Source: the human T2T-CHM13v2.0 reference genome, Homo sapiens. From it: a stretch of 64,000 nt of DNA. The DNA lies in assembly GCF_009914755.1 (NCBI RefSeq), contig NC_060930.1, one strand, 5' to 3'. This document shows, piece after piece, positions 26,801 through 41,675 of this stretch. Numbering within the stretch: position 1 is the first letter of the stretch; the number at the start of each line of letters is the position of its first letter. The position numbers and the translations under genes are program-made. The notes under the pieces are model-generated. The model ran no database searches. It was not told where the DNA came from and saw only the letters and a program-made list of their open reading frames with translations.

Positions 26801-29800
26801 TAGGAGACAAACAGGAAGCAGCAGAAGGGAAGAAGAAAAGAAGGAAATAAGAAAAGAGAGGCAGGGAAGGAGGAAGGCATAAAAAAAGAAAAAAGAAAAG
26901 TTAAAGTCATAAGGAAAGGAAATAATAAAATTATTATTTTTCTTACATGATATTATTTTTCTTACAAGATGCTCTTCAAAAAATAATCCGTCAATCTATA
27001 GATAAACTATCAAATTTAGTAAGACAATTCAATAAAGTTGCTAGATACAGTTGATACATAAAAGTCAATCGCATTACCATAGAAGAGCAATACATAGAGC
27101 ATTTAATGGATTTAAAATATCACATTTCTAATGCCATCAAAATATTATGTATCCAGAACAAAACCCATGTGAGACCTTTAAAGAGAAAATTATCAACTTT
27201 TGTTTAAAGAAAGTATAAATAAATGGAGAGATTTATCATATTCATGGATTAGAAAATCCAACATTGTGATATCAAAGAATATGTCAACTCCTCCAATTGA
27301 ACTGCAGATCCATGGCAATTTCAACCAAAACTCAGAAAGGACTTTATATGGAATCTATGAAGCTGATTCTAAAATGTACGTGAAAGAGCAAAGGATCAAG
27401 AATAGTCAAGACGCTCATGAAGAAGCGTCAAGTAAGAGTTCATCGTCTCCCCGATGTGAACACAAACAAACCATTCTTAATTAAGATGGTGTAGAATTAG
27501 GACATATATAGTGAAATACACTAACAGAACACAACTGAGGGCCATGAGATAGACCCAGGTATATATGCAAATCTAACATATGATAGAAGTAACATCATAC
27601 ACCAACAGGAAAGCAAGGGCCACTTAATAAATAATGCTTAATAAAACATGGATGACCAGTTACCCCTTCAGAAAAAGTGCAGTTGGACCTCCTCCTCACA
27701 TCATAGGCAAAAAAACAGTTTCAGACTGATTGAGGGCTTAACACTTTTTAAAAAAGAATGTGATGTCTTTTTGATAGAAGGATATCTTAAATAAGACCAA
27801 AAAAAAGTAAAATCATAAAAAAGTGGTTGATGTCATTGAAACCTAAGAACCTCAGTTTATCAAAAGATATCTTAAGAAGAATGAAAATCCCAGCCACAAG
27901 AGTAATAAAGATTATTTGTAATGTATATCATCATCTGAGGAGTGTGAGATTATTCCTAATAATCAGTAAAAAAATAGCTCAGTAGAAGGGGAGCAAACTA
28001 TATGGAAACACCAAAACATGAATGACCAATAAACATGAAAAATGATCAACCTCATTAATAATCAAGGCAAGGAAAATAAAAAACAAAATGAGGTAAAATT
28101 GTACCACCCTCAGGTTGACAAAATTTAAAATTCTGACAACACAATGTGTTAGGAAGAATATAGAGTAACTGGAACTCGTATACACTGTGGTAGGAGTGTT
28201 TTCTTTTTAGAAAATAATTTTGCCATTATCGTGCAAAGCTGAGGAAGTACGTGCCAATTTAATTCTACTGTGCAAACACATGAAATCAGTTTAGGGGTTA
28301 CTATTTTGTTAATAAAAATTATAGACTAGACAGAATAGAAATTAATAATGCATCACAAAGGCAAGATGCCCTAGGGATGATGTGGCACCTGTGTGCCAAG
28401 AAACAAGTATAATAATGATTGTAGCAGCATTTTTTATAATAGCAAAATAAATGGAAACAACCCAAATGTCCACCAGCAGTAGAACTGGTAAACAAAACAG
28501 TTATACAAAGTAAATAAATTCAAGGCTTACTGTTCTTATCAGTAAGGATATGGAATACCCTGTTCCAGAAGTTTCTGCTCTTGTTAATTCTCCCTTTTCC
28601 TCTGGAGAATAAAAATCTGTTATTTCTGGATATCTGCCCTCTACACTGTATTTACATAAAATTGACCTATTGAATTCAATCCATGGTTTTATTTCAGAAC
28701 TAGAAAATACCCAAGATCCTTATTTATTCTATCACTTTCCCGTTTCTTCCCTCTAATTTCCCACTTCCATTTCCTCCCTCACCTCAAAATACACACACAT
28801 ACTCACACACACATTTCTTGACATCCTCGTAATTTGACCTCTAAAAACCTCAGGTCTTTCAAAATACCTGTGGAAAAAATACTATCACCGTCTCTCTGCA
28901 GTGGTAGTTTAATGCCCTTAAAACCTTCACTCCTAGCTCTACCTTTAGGAACAAGAAAACAATTTTTCAATACCTGAACAAGAGCAGAGGATGATTAAGG
29001 TACAAATTTTATAGGCTAGTTTATTTTATTTCTAATTATATTCTTAGTAAATGATGTTAATATTTAATAGGAATGACTTTGACACTCAGTGCTTTGCCCA
29101 GTAAAACCAGAGCCCTTAGCATTTTATTGGCACTAAAGCAGTCAGCTGTGACACAGGATAATGGCAAGGGTAAAGAAGATCTGCTCCGTCCCTAAATTAA
29201 ATGTCTCCTCAATGACTCGAATGTTCAGGTAGAAATAGCAGTTGCTCAAAGAAAATGACTCCTTTACACTGAAAAACAATCAACAGAGCGTTTCCCACAA
29301 ATCCAAGGAGACAGTAACACATAGAGAGGAGATCACAATAATTTTAATGGGTGTTGACAATATTATCATAATAGAGTTGCCTGTTTAAACCAATGCTGAC
29401 TCTACTGCATGTGTATGTACAATGTGGTTTAAGTAAACCGAAGCAGATGCAATACATATAATTCAGAAAGAACTGGAAGGATTGTCTACTCCTCTTGCTG
29501 TCAATGAGAAAAGGGTGAAACAAATGACTTACTGGACACTGTATATTTCAACAGCATTGCCTCTCATGTTCAACACAAAAATCACAAAGGCAGTCATTGG
29601 TGAGGATCCCTTGTCTGCTAGATCACTATTCTCCAGCATGTTATGATACCCATTAAACGAAAGATAAATTATAGGTGTTTGTTTATTTTACAATGATTTA
29701 CATAAGACTTCTCATGCTATATATTTCCTTAGTGCACATAAAAATATGACTTGAGTGAAACATCTCCTACAATTTTACTACTTGCCTCTCAACTAGCCTG

Positions 29801-29825
29801 ACATGTGTCCATGGCCAAGTCGCTA

Positions 29826-30168
29826 GGTTTTTTGTTTGTTTTGTTTTGTTTTTGTTGTTGTTTTGGGTTTTTTTGGTTTTGTTTTTGAGACAGAGTTTTG
29901 CTCTTGTTGCCCAGGCTGGAGTGCAATGGCACGATCTAGGCTCACCACAACCTCCGCTTCCCAGGTTCAAGCGACTCTCCTGCCTCAGCCTCCTGAGTAG
30001 CTGGGATTACAGGCATGCGCCACCATGCCTGGCTAATTTTTTGTATTTTTAGTATAGACGGGGTTTCTCCATGTTGGTCAGGCTGGTCTTGAACTCCTGA
30101 CCTCAGGTGATCCGCCTGCCTGGGCCTCCTAAAGTGCTGAGATTACAGGCATGAGCTACCGGGCCGGC
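29826..30168 (-). mobile_element. AluSp-like
   Basis: ctcttgttgcccagg, gtgcaatggc and tttctccatgttggtcagg diagnostics. Confidence 0.9.
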
Positions 30169-30528
30169 GGTAAAGTAGGCTTTATACAGAAGATACATTT
30201 CATCCATTTAGCTTAGTAGCATGTAAACAGACAGTAACTTAATGCCAAGCTACTTCATGAGGCATCATCATCAAAATTATTGTTTTCATGTATCTATTTC
30301 TGTGTGGCTCTATACTAAGCATTATGAAAAGTCGGAATGAAAATATCTAGCCCTTTCAGGATATACAATTTAAAACAAAATGGGAAAAATCAGCATACTC
30401 ATATAGACACTAAGCAGAAGCAGAAGATTAGTATGTTTTATTATATTAAATGGTTAGATGAATGAAAAGGAGTTGTAAGATTTCACTTCAGGATGGTTAG
30501 GGTCTCACATGAAAATATCAGCCTCTCA

Positions 30529-30865
<337 letters not shown>

Positions 30866-31445
30866 TTATTTGAGGAGTTGGGTTTGAAGAGTTGCCTTAA
30901 TCATTAATCAGAGGAGCTTGTCAAGGGTTTCAGAGAAAAGGAACACTCCAGAAGAGACCAAAGCATAGAGTAACTGATAACAGGGGCATGATTACTAAGA
31001 GAGCCAAGGGGAATCTTCAGTGCAGTGGATCTCGACGTAGTTCAAGATCAGTTAAGTATATTTCATTTATATACCACCCCCCTTTGTGAATCCATTCATT
31101 CGGCCAGGTAGACCTAGTGTTTTCTAATGCTTATCTATTACTCCAGAAGACTCTATTTGCTTTGAGTTCCTAAATACATCAAGTCAGCAATCTCTAAAAA
31201 CCTATATTAGAAAAATATTTACATTTAAGAATAGTCCCTCAATTTCACTTAATTTCTAGTGTGGATAGTTCAATCAACACTGATTGAGCCATCTACACTA
31301 GGAAAATTTTGGCATCTTGTGTTCTCTCGAAATTATATAGTTCTTTGATTCTTTTAGGCTAGAAGTTCTTCAAGTGATTCTGCGGCACATTGAAGTTGAA
31401 AACCACTGCTTTATACCTGTCAGGCAATGGAGCATGCACACTTAC

Positions 31446-31493
31446 CCAGGCTCTCTTTGTTAGAACAGGCATTTCGGCTCAACTGTACAAATA
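31446..31493 (-). ncRNA. Candidate 48-nt internal exon of a minus-strand non-coding transcript
   Basis: Minus strand reads gtttttttttcttgcag|TATTTG...GCCTGG|gtaagtg, with near-consensus acceptor and donor. Confidence 0.45.
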
Positions 31494-31779
31494 CTGCAAG
31501 AAAAAAAAACGGTTTTATGGCTGAATATTAACATTGAAAATGGCATATTTCTGTTGGTCATAAATACTCTCTCAAATGGGAAAACATTGTTAAATACTAT
31601 GCACTTATAAACTTTCAGAGTAGTCAGCATTGTAAATAGTGGTGTTTTATAAACTATTTTCCAATACATTGCCAATGAAGACAATAGACAATAAGCTCCC
31701 AAGGGTCTTCATTCCCCTCCTGGGTCTCCCAGTGATAAGGACGCTAATAGGCTGAGATCTCACAGAATTTCAATAAGAG

Positions 31780-32414
31780 TGTCAGAGGTATTTGAACCAA
31801 AGCAACTCCATCTTGAATAGGGGTTGGGTAAAAAAAGACCGAGATCCCACTGGGCTGTATTCCCAGGTGGTATTACTCACAAGATGAGATGGGAGGTCGG
31901 CACAAGATACAGGTCATAAAGACCTTGCTGATAAAACAGCATGCGGTAAAAGAAGCTACCAAATCCCACCAAAGTCAAGATGGCAAAGAAAGTGACCTCT
32001 GGTTGTCCTCACTGCTCATTATATGCTAATTATAATGCATTAGCATGCTAAAAGACACACCCAACAGCATCATGACAGTTTACAGATGCCATGGCAACAT
32101 CAGGAAGCTACCCTATATGGTCTAAAAGGGGGAGGAAACCTCAGTTCCGGGAACTGTCCACCCCTTTCCCAGAAGACTCATGAAGAATACACCCCTTGTT
32201 TAACATATAACCAAGAAATAACTGTTAAGTATTATCCGTGGAGCAGCCCAAGCTGCTGCTCTGTCTGTGGAGTTGCCATTCTTTATTCCTTTGCTTTCTT
32301 AACAGATTTGCTTTCAATAAACTTGCTTTCTTAATAAACTTGCCTGGAATACTTTCTTGTGTGAGATCCAAGAGCCTTCTCTTGGGATCTGGATTGGGCC
32401 CCTTTCTGATAACA
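31780..32414 (+). mobile_element. MER41 (MER41B-like) ERV1 solo LTR
   Basis: tgtcagagg...gcaactccatcttgaatagg...gtgagatccaag...tttctgataaca; TG/CA ends; imperfect 4-bp TSD agag/agaa. Confidence 0.9.
32145..32174. promoter_or_regulatory. Tandem STAT GAS motifs in MER41
   Basis: TTCCGGGAA at 32145-32153 and TTCCCAGAA at 32166-32174, both TTCN3GAA. Confidence 0.7.
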
Positions 32415-32486
32415 AGAATTCACTTTTCTGTGTATGACAGGTGAGAGGATGGCCCCCGGGAAGAAAGTTTGGAAAAAGTCTCCTGG

Positions 32487-32530
32487 ACCGGAAGCGGAAG
32501 GGAGGGAGGGAGAGAGGGAAAGAGGAAGTG
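32487..32530 (+). promoter_or_regulatory. ETS cluster (tandem GABP-type plus PU.1-type site)
   Basis: ACCGGAAGCGGAAG at 32487-32500 and AAAGAGGAAGTG at 32519-32530. Confidence 0.5.
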
Positions 32531-33647
32531 GGGAAAAAAGACCTGAGATGTAGATTCTTGACCACAGGCAAGTCCTTCATGGTCCTTTTCCTGGCAGATC
32601 TTAGACATCTCATGTGCTTTGCCCAGTTCTCACTGTTGATGCCTAGAAATTAATGGTTTCATAGTGGGATAATGCCATTCCTCTGAAGTCTAGGTCTGAT
32701 ACCCATCAGCAGTATTTAAAACCACACAACCCTTTTTGAAATACCAAAATAGCTAAGCCGAATAAAAAATATAAACTTTGACAGGCAAACTAAGATGCTT
32801 TCATGCATTTTATGCTAAAACCGTACCAACTCTCCGTAAAACTCTTTACCTGCGTTCGCCCCATCCCCTGGTTCGCATTGTTCTCAGTAATGAAGACCTC
32901 CTTGCCTATCACTAACACCAATTAGCTTACACCAAACTTCAGGACGCCAAGGAAAAGGAAAAATCACTCTTCCAGCAGCGGTCATTTAAGAAAAAAAAAA
33001 ATTGATAATAATGTGGAACTCCCTCCAAAATTAGCCTACACCGTGATATAAATTGGTTTTCTTTGTGATCTAAAATTGACTCGCAGTTGACTAGTTAGAA
33101 AATAGTTGCTGAAAAGCCGGGGCCTTGGAGCTTTCGGATCCTGCCCGCCTTTCATCATGTAAACAAACGCATCAGATTTAAAGCTTTCCCATAATTGTTA
33201 TGCTAACCTTGGAGCGCAACCTCTCCATTTGCATTTGAAGGAGCTAAATATTAGGCAGGAAAGAAAGTGCTCTTTTTGAAAGCCTGAGAAAATGTCCCCG
33301 CTCGGGGCTGCTCCGCCATCTGGGCCGCGGGCTGGGCGCGCGGCTCCCGCCCCCAGCTCCTTGGCAGAGGCGCCGGAGGAAGGGGCGCCGCGAAGGGCCG
33401 TCATCTTGTTGGAAAAGAATGCAGAAATGCCCCCCTAAGGCTGAATGAGCACCACTTCCACACTCAGGGCGGGGGAGGCCGGGGGACGTGGGAGCGGCGC
33501 GCCAGGAGCGAGGCGTCCCTGGTGACAGCGCGTCCCGAGGGCTCTCCCTTTTCCCAGAGCGCATACCAAAGGCAGACTCCTTTGCAGGCTCCACGAGCCC
33601 CATTCGCGGTGGAAAGGGGCGTTCCAGACTGCAGGGTGAGGGGCTCC

Positions 33648-33694
33648 GGTGTGTGTGTGGTGTGTGTGGTGTGTGTGTGTACGCGCGCGCACGC
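33648..33694. repeat. (GT)n/(CG)n tract at the island edge
   Basis: gtgtgtgtggtgtgtgtggtgtgtgtgtgtacgcgcgcgcacgc. Confidence 0.9.
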
Positions 33695-33712
33695 CCTTAA
33701 GGAAAAATCCAT

Positions 33713-33746
33713 CTTTTATAAGTGCTGTGGCCCACTTTTAATTGGA
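33713..33746 (-). promoter_or_regulatory. Minus-strand TATA box and CCAAT box
   Basis: cttttata (33713-33720) is TATAAAAG on minus; attgg (33741-33745) is CCAAT on minus. Confidence 0.5.
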
Positions 33747-34624
33747 TCTCGTGGAGTACTCAGATACAGCCGGTATAGTGAAGGCTAATAGCATCAGCAC
33801 ACTTTCGCGCATTAATCTTGGAGTAATTAAAAATAAAAACAGTGAGCTATGGGGTTTTGTTAAACAAGGGAGAAAAAAGGTTCCAACCTCCCATCAGCCT
33901 ATTCTGGGGGAATCCAGAGAGCCCATGCATCCCTCTACCTTTCCATGCAACCTGCACACAAAGCATGTCTATCGGGAGTCACGGGGAAAATCATTCCTGG
34001 GAGAATATCTAGGGCATCATAAACCAGAACAGAGCTGGAGGGGGATAAGATGCTGCTAGATTGAAAGAATGTAATTATTTTCTTTCACCACTTCTCATTT
34101 TAATCTCATTTCTAATATAACTCAAAGGTGCTTTGATTTTAAAATGATTTTTCTGCTGTCAGAATTAGCATTTTTCACTAGTCCTAGGAGACATTCCAGA
34201 GGAGAACGGCATTTTTATTTTCCTTTTCTCCCCCCATGATTTCACAAAGGCTTCTCATGCATCGCTGGACTGTATTACAAAGTTAGGGGATTTTTTTCCC
34301 TCTCCTCAAAGGAAGATCATTGAGGCTGCAAGTAACCCTGGTAGCTGCTAGGAGATGGAATTCTTCAGGCTAAAACTGCATGTTGCACAAATAACTGGCA
34401 AAAAGAGGAATGCAGGGCAGCACTTGAGTCCTCCACAGGAGCAGAAAAGATGCAGGAGTGACCCTGCAGAAAATATTGGGATAAAAAAAGGACAGTTTTT
34501 TGTTTTTCTTAGCCATAAACTAAATATCAGTGTTTGACAAGTCTCTAAAATGCACCAGTTGCTATTCATTCTATTTACTTCATAAGTATTTATTAAGGGC
34601 TACGTGTTTTGTTTGTTTGGTTCT

Positions 34625-34830
34625 TAGGAGTCAGAACTTGGCCTCAGGCAGACCTGGGTTCTCACACTTAATTACCTTAGAGGCCCCAAAACAGTTACTT
34701 AGCCTTGCTGAATCTCAGTGTTTTCATCTGTAAAATGGGTGTTTTGTGCCCATCTCAGGGGACTATTTTCAGGATTAAAAAGCTCAGTGCCTAGCACATA
34801 GTACAAGCACCCCATAAATCATCTTCATCA
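34625..34830 (+). mobile_element. MIR
   Basis: cagacctgggttc...agttacttagcc...tgaatctcagtgttttcatctgtaaaatggg...gtgcctagcacatagta. Confidence 0.8.
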
Positions 34831-35009
34831 TCATTGTGGTCACTGTCTTGTCTCTGAAGACTTTAAAAGGATCTTTTATAACTTAAATGAAGCAAATGAA
34901 GAAAGCATCCAAACATATTTATTTGCTGCCAAATTCTTTTCTAGCTGCTGGAGATAAACAGCTCCTTTGTAGAGGGTAGACAATGAAGGTGGAGGGGAGG
35001 ATAGGATGA

Positions 35010-35172
35010 AAGGGGTCCTCAGCCCTGGTTGCACATTTGAATCACCTGGAAAGATTTTGCAAAACCAAGTCCCACCTGTTTGCATGGAATAGCACCTAGG
35101 CATTGTTTTTCGTGGTGTTGTTTTCAATTCCCAGGTGATTCTAATGTACAATCAGGGTTAAAAAACACTAAC
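35010..35172. mobile_element. MER5A-like hAT-Charlie element
   Basis: ccctggttgcacatttgaatcacctgga...cccaggtgattctaatgtaca. Confidence 0.75.
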
Positions 35173-35592
35173 TTAGAAGCTGTCACCATTATCCAAGTGA
35201 GAGATGCTGGTAGCTTTTATCAGAGTGATAGAAGTGGAGATGCTCAGAGATGGTCATAGTCAGGACACGTATTAGAGGTAGAAGCAAATCAACCTGCTAA
35301 TGGATTGAAAGTGATGAGGATGGGTGGGGAGACAAAGAGGAATCAGGAACCCCCTAGTTTGGGACGACAGTACAGATGATGATTCCATTTCCCAGGATGG
35401 AGAAAATGAAGGGAATACAGGCTGGGGAATGGAAACCATAGAGCTGAAGACTGGCACAAAAATACTGACCATGTTATGTATGAGATGCTTATTGGACATA
35501 TATTAATATAACATTAACCTAATTTGTAAGTGGACGAATCCAGCAGGCAGTTGATTTGCAAAGAAGCCAGAACACTAAATGTCATGTGTCTG

Positions 35593-35798
35593 AGCACTGC
35601 CAAAAAAAACTTTCTGTGAAGATGAAAATACTCTAAATCTGCACTGTCCAATACAGCAGCCACCAGCCACGTGTGCGTATTGAGCATCTCAAATCAGGTT
35701 AGGCTGGTGTGGCTGAGGAACTGAATTTTAATTTTATTTTATTTTAATTGGCTTAAATTTAAATAGCCATATGTGGCAGGTGGCTATCCTATTTGACA
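35593..35798. mobile_element. MER3 hAT-Charlie
   Basis: actttctgtgaagatgaaaat...ctgcactgtccaata...gaggaactgaatttt...aaatagccatatgtggc. Confidence 0.8.
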
Positions 35799-35844
35799 AA
35801 TTAGGTATGTATTGATGATTCCCATCTTTATGTATTTGGCCTGA

Positions 35845-36380
35845 ACTACTTCTTTCAGAATCTGACTTCTCACCACTTGCCCTAGTAACAGGTCAAAGCC
35901 ACTATCATCTGCAGTCTAGAGTATTGCAACAGCCTCCTACTGTTTACAATGTCCTCCGCCCACTCTTGTCACTTCTATTATATATTCTCAAAACAGCAGC
36001 CAAAATGATCTTCACAACCTGATGTTCATTTATCATGAAAATCATACCAGGTATTTCCTCTACTTAAAGCCATATAATGACTCCCCATCTTGACACAGTA
36101 AAACCCAAAGTCCTTCCAATAGTCCACAAAAAAGCCCCCTCTTTGTCTCTCTAACACTGCTTCACACTTTTCTGTTCCTACTGTAGCAGTTTTCACCATC
36201 TGTTGTACTGTATAATTAACTCAGTTATTTTATTTATTGTCCGTCTCCGTCTTAGTAGAAAGTAGTCTCCCTTAGGGTGGGGATTTATGACTATTTTGTT
36301 TACTATTTTATCCTCTGGTACCAAAAACACGGTACCCTGATACATATTAGGCACTCAGTACACACTTATTGAATGACTGA
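35845..36380 (+). mobile_element. L2 (L2a-like) 3' end
   Basis: caaagccactatcatc...tattgcaacagcctcct...aggcactcagta...ttattgaatgactga. Confidence 0.75.
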
Positions 36381-36463
36381 GGCAGCATATAGATAATAGA
36401 TACTCAGCCAGGTTAACCAGAGAGAAAGGCTGTAGACAGAAAATAGGAGAGGCTCCAGGATTG

Positions 36464-36557
36464 AGCCCTGGGCCATCCAACATTCAGAACCTCACTGTCC
36501 AATATGGAAGCCCTGGGCCATCCAACATTCAGAACCTCACTGTCCAATATGGCAGCC
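36464..36557 (+). repeat. 45-bp tandem duplication
   Basis: agccctgggccatccaacattcagaacctcactgtccaatatgg(a/c) twice, followed by agcc. Confidence 0.95.
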
Positions 36558-36842
36558 ATATGTGGCTATTTTAGAACTTTTGAAATATGCTCATCCCAAC
36601 TGAGATGTACGGTTAAGTCACAGGATTTTGAAAACTTAAGTATTTATTTTTAAAAGAAGAATGCAAAGTATCTCAATTATATCGATTACTTATTGAAATT
36701 ACAGTATTTGTATATATTGAATTACATATAATATTAAAATCAATTTTATTGATTTTTTACATTTTTAACATGTAAATTAAATACTAGGATACTGAATATC
36801 ACATATGTGGCTCGTGTCATATTTCTATTGGACACACTGGTT
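36490..36842. mobile_element. MER33 hAT-Charlie
   Basis: cactgtccaatatggcagccatatgtggcta...aactgagatgt...catatgtggctcg...atatttctattggaca. Confidence 0.8.
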
Positions 36843-37586
36843 TAGAGAATGGGAAGAATAGCCAGCAGGGGATTCTGTCCAGTGAGATAGGAGAAAACAG
36901 GAGGCAAGCGTGGTGCATAAAAGATTACAGAAATAATTGTTTCATATAGGAGAGAACAGCTAAACAGATTGAATGAATGAGATACAGATGGAGAACTGAC
37001 CAAGGGATTTGCCAAAATGAAGATTATTCTTAGTCTTGACAAGAGTGGTTTCAGTGAAGTTGTGTGGATGGGAGCCCTACTGGAGAGGGTTTGAAGTCAG
37101 TATGAAAAGTGAAGATGTAGAGACAACCAACATAGACAACCCAATCAAAAATGTTTTGCTCTGAGAAGTTGTGGTTGCTGGAGGTAAACAGAGGAAAAAA
37201 AATTTAATGGGAGATATTTTTTAAGAATATTTGACAACTGAAGGAAATGATCCAGGAGAGAGAAACCTGAATTGGAAAATCTTGGCTAACTACATATAAT
37301 ATAGAAACACGGCACTTTAAAACTGAACAGGCCCTTGAAGATCATCTTCGACAAACATTTTGCATTACGGCTAAGAATTCTGAGGTTCATACAGGTGAAT
37401 GATCAATGTCATACATCACAGCTGAAACCAGAATCAGAAATAACATCTACAAATGAACACTTGCTTGAATTGAGTTCATTTCTGCAGAGACAAACATTTT
37501 CAAATTCTAATATATTTGACCCACTTTTTGCCTTATAAAGCACGATATTTCCATAATTTCTAGTGGTTCATTAAGAGCTAACATTA

Positions 37587-39177
<1,591 letters not shown>

Positions 39178-39949
39178 TGAGGTCAAAAAAACATGTTTAT
39201 CCAAACCCTATTGAAAATCTTTAAATGTCTTGTTTTCCTTTCCTTACCATGTAGGAAATTGAACATAATTTGATATTTTTAATGAGTCAATATTTTTCAG
39301 TGCCTCAGAGCATCACGTTCAATAAAATTTCACTATATATCTAGCACTTCAGGTGTAGATATATAGTGAATATAGGGAGGGATATTTTACATTGTTTATT
39401 TCTATAAACTTCATAGTATAATACCATACTTATTTTATTTGATTTTTTTTCTCAAAAAGGTGAGGTAGAATACAGTGTCAGGTAAGGAGGTTACCTGTTA
39501 ATTCAAGTCTTACCACCTTTTTTCTATCTCTTGAACACTAAAATGATACAATACTGCTAACTCATCAAAATACAACATCTGTTAAGGGGTTTGGGTTTGC
39601 GGTTTTGTTTTTGTTGTTGTTACATTGCTGATGTGTTTGTGGTGATTTTTCCACATCCCTCACTTAGAAATTGTTATGAACAGTAATACATCTTCACAAG
39701 ATGACTACGCTGAGTTGAGTCATTCTGTGGCCACAAAGAGGCATGCTTTCACATACAAGTGGACTCAGATGAATTACTTGGTATCACAGAAGAAAGATAT
39801 ATGTGAACTTGACCACATACCTTTTTTCCACTCTAGTTCCACATCAGTACCTATCCTTCCCCAGTCCAAGGCTGATCCTTATATCACACCTTATTTGTTT
39901 TCTCACAGTACACACTAGCTCAGGTCTCACCAGCTATAAACTTTCCTTA

Positions 39950-41675
<1,726 letters not shown>

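Larger units (their letters stand above)
33110..33815. promoter_or_regulatory. CpG island / promoter-enhancer
   Basis: Abrupt GC- and CpG-rich non-repeat segment in an AT-rich window, with GC boxes (cccgccccc, gggcggggg). Confidence 0.9.
35175..37260 (-). mobile_element. L2 (antisense) hosting nested MER3, sense L2 and MER33
   Basis: atccaagtgagagatgctggtagc...; ttgagccctgggccatccaacattcaga; cttgacaagagtggtttcagtgaag form collinear L2 pieces. Confidence 0.7.

Noticed and set aside
28530-28543. ctgttcttatcagt, and ggccttttggcta near 43427, resembling U2 snRNA
   Set aside because: Isolated 13-14-nt matches with no flanking similarity, TSD or tail; not a pseudogene.
33198-34059. Overlapping ORFs in the CpG island
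   Set aside because: GC-rich, stop-poor sequence and dinucleotide repeats give spurious ORFs; none resembles a known protein.
36464-36557. Repeat-spacer (CRISPR-like) array
   Set aside because: Only two adjacent copies with no spacers, in eukaryotic DNA.
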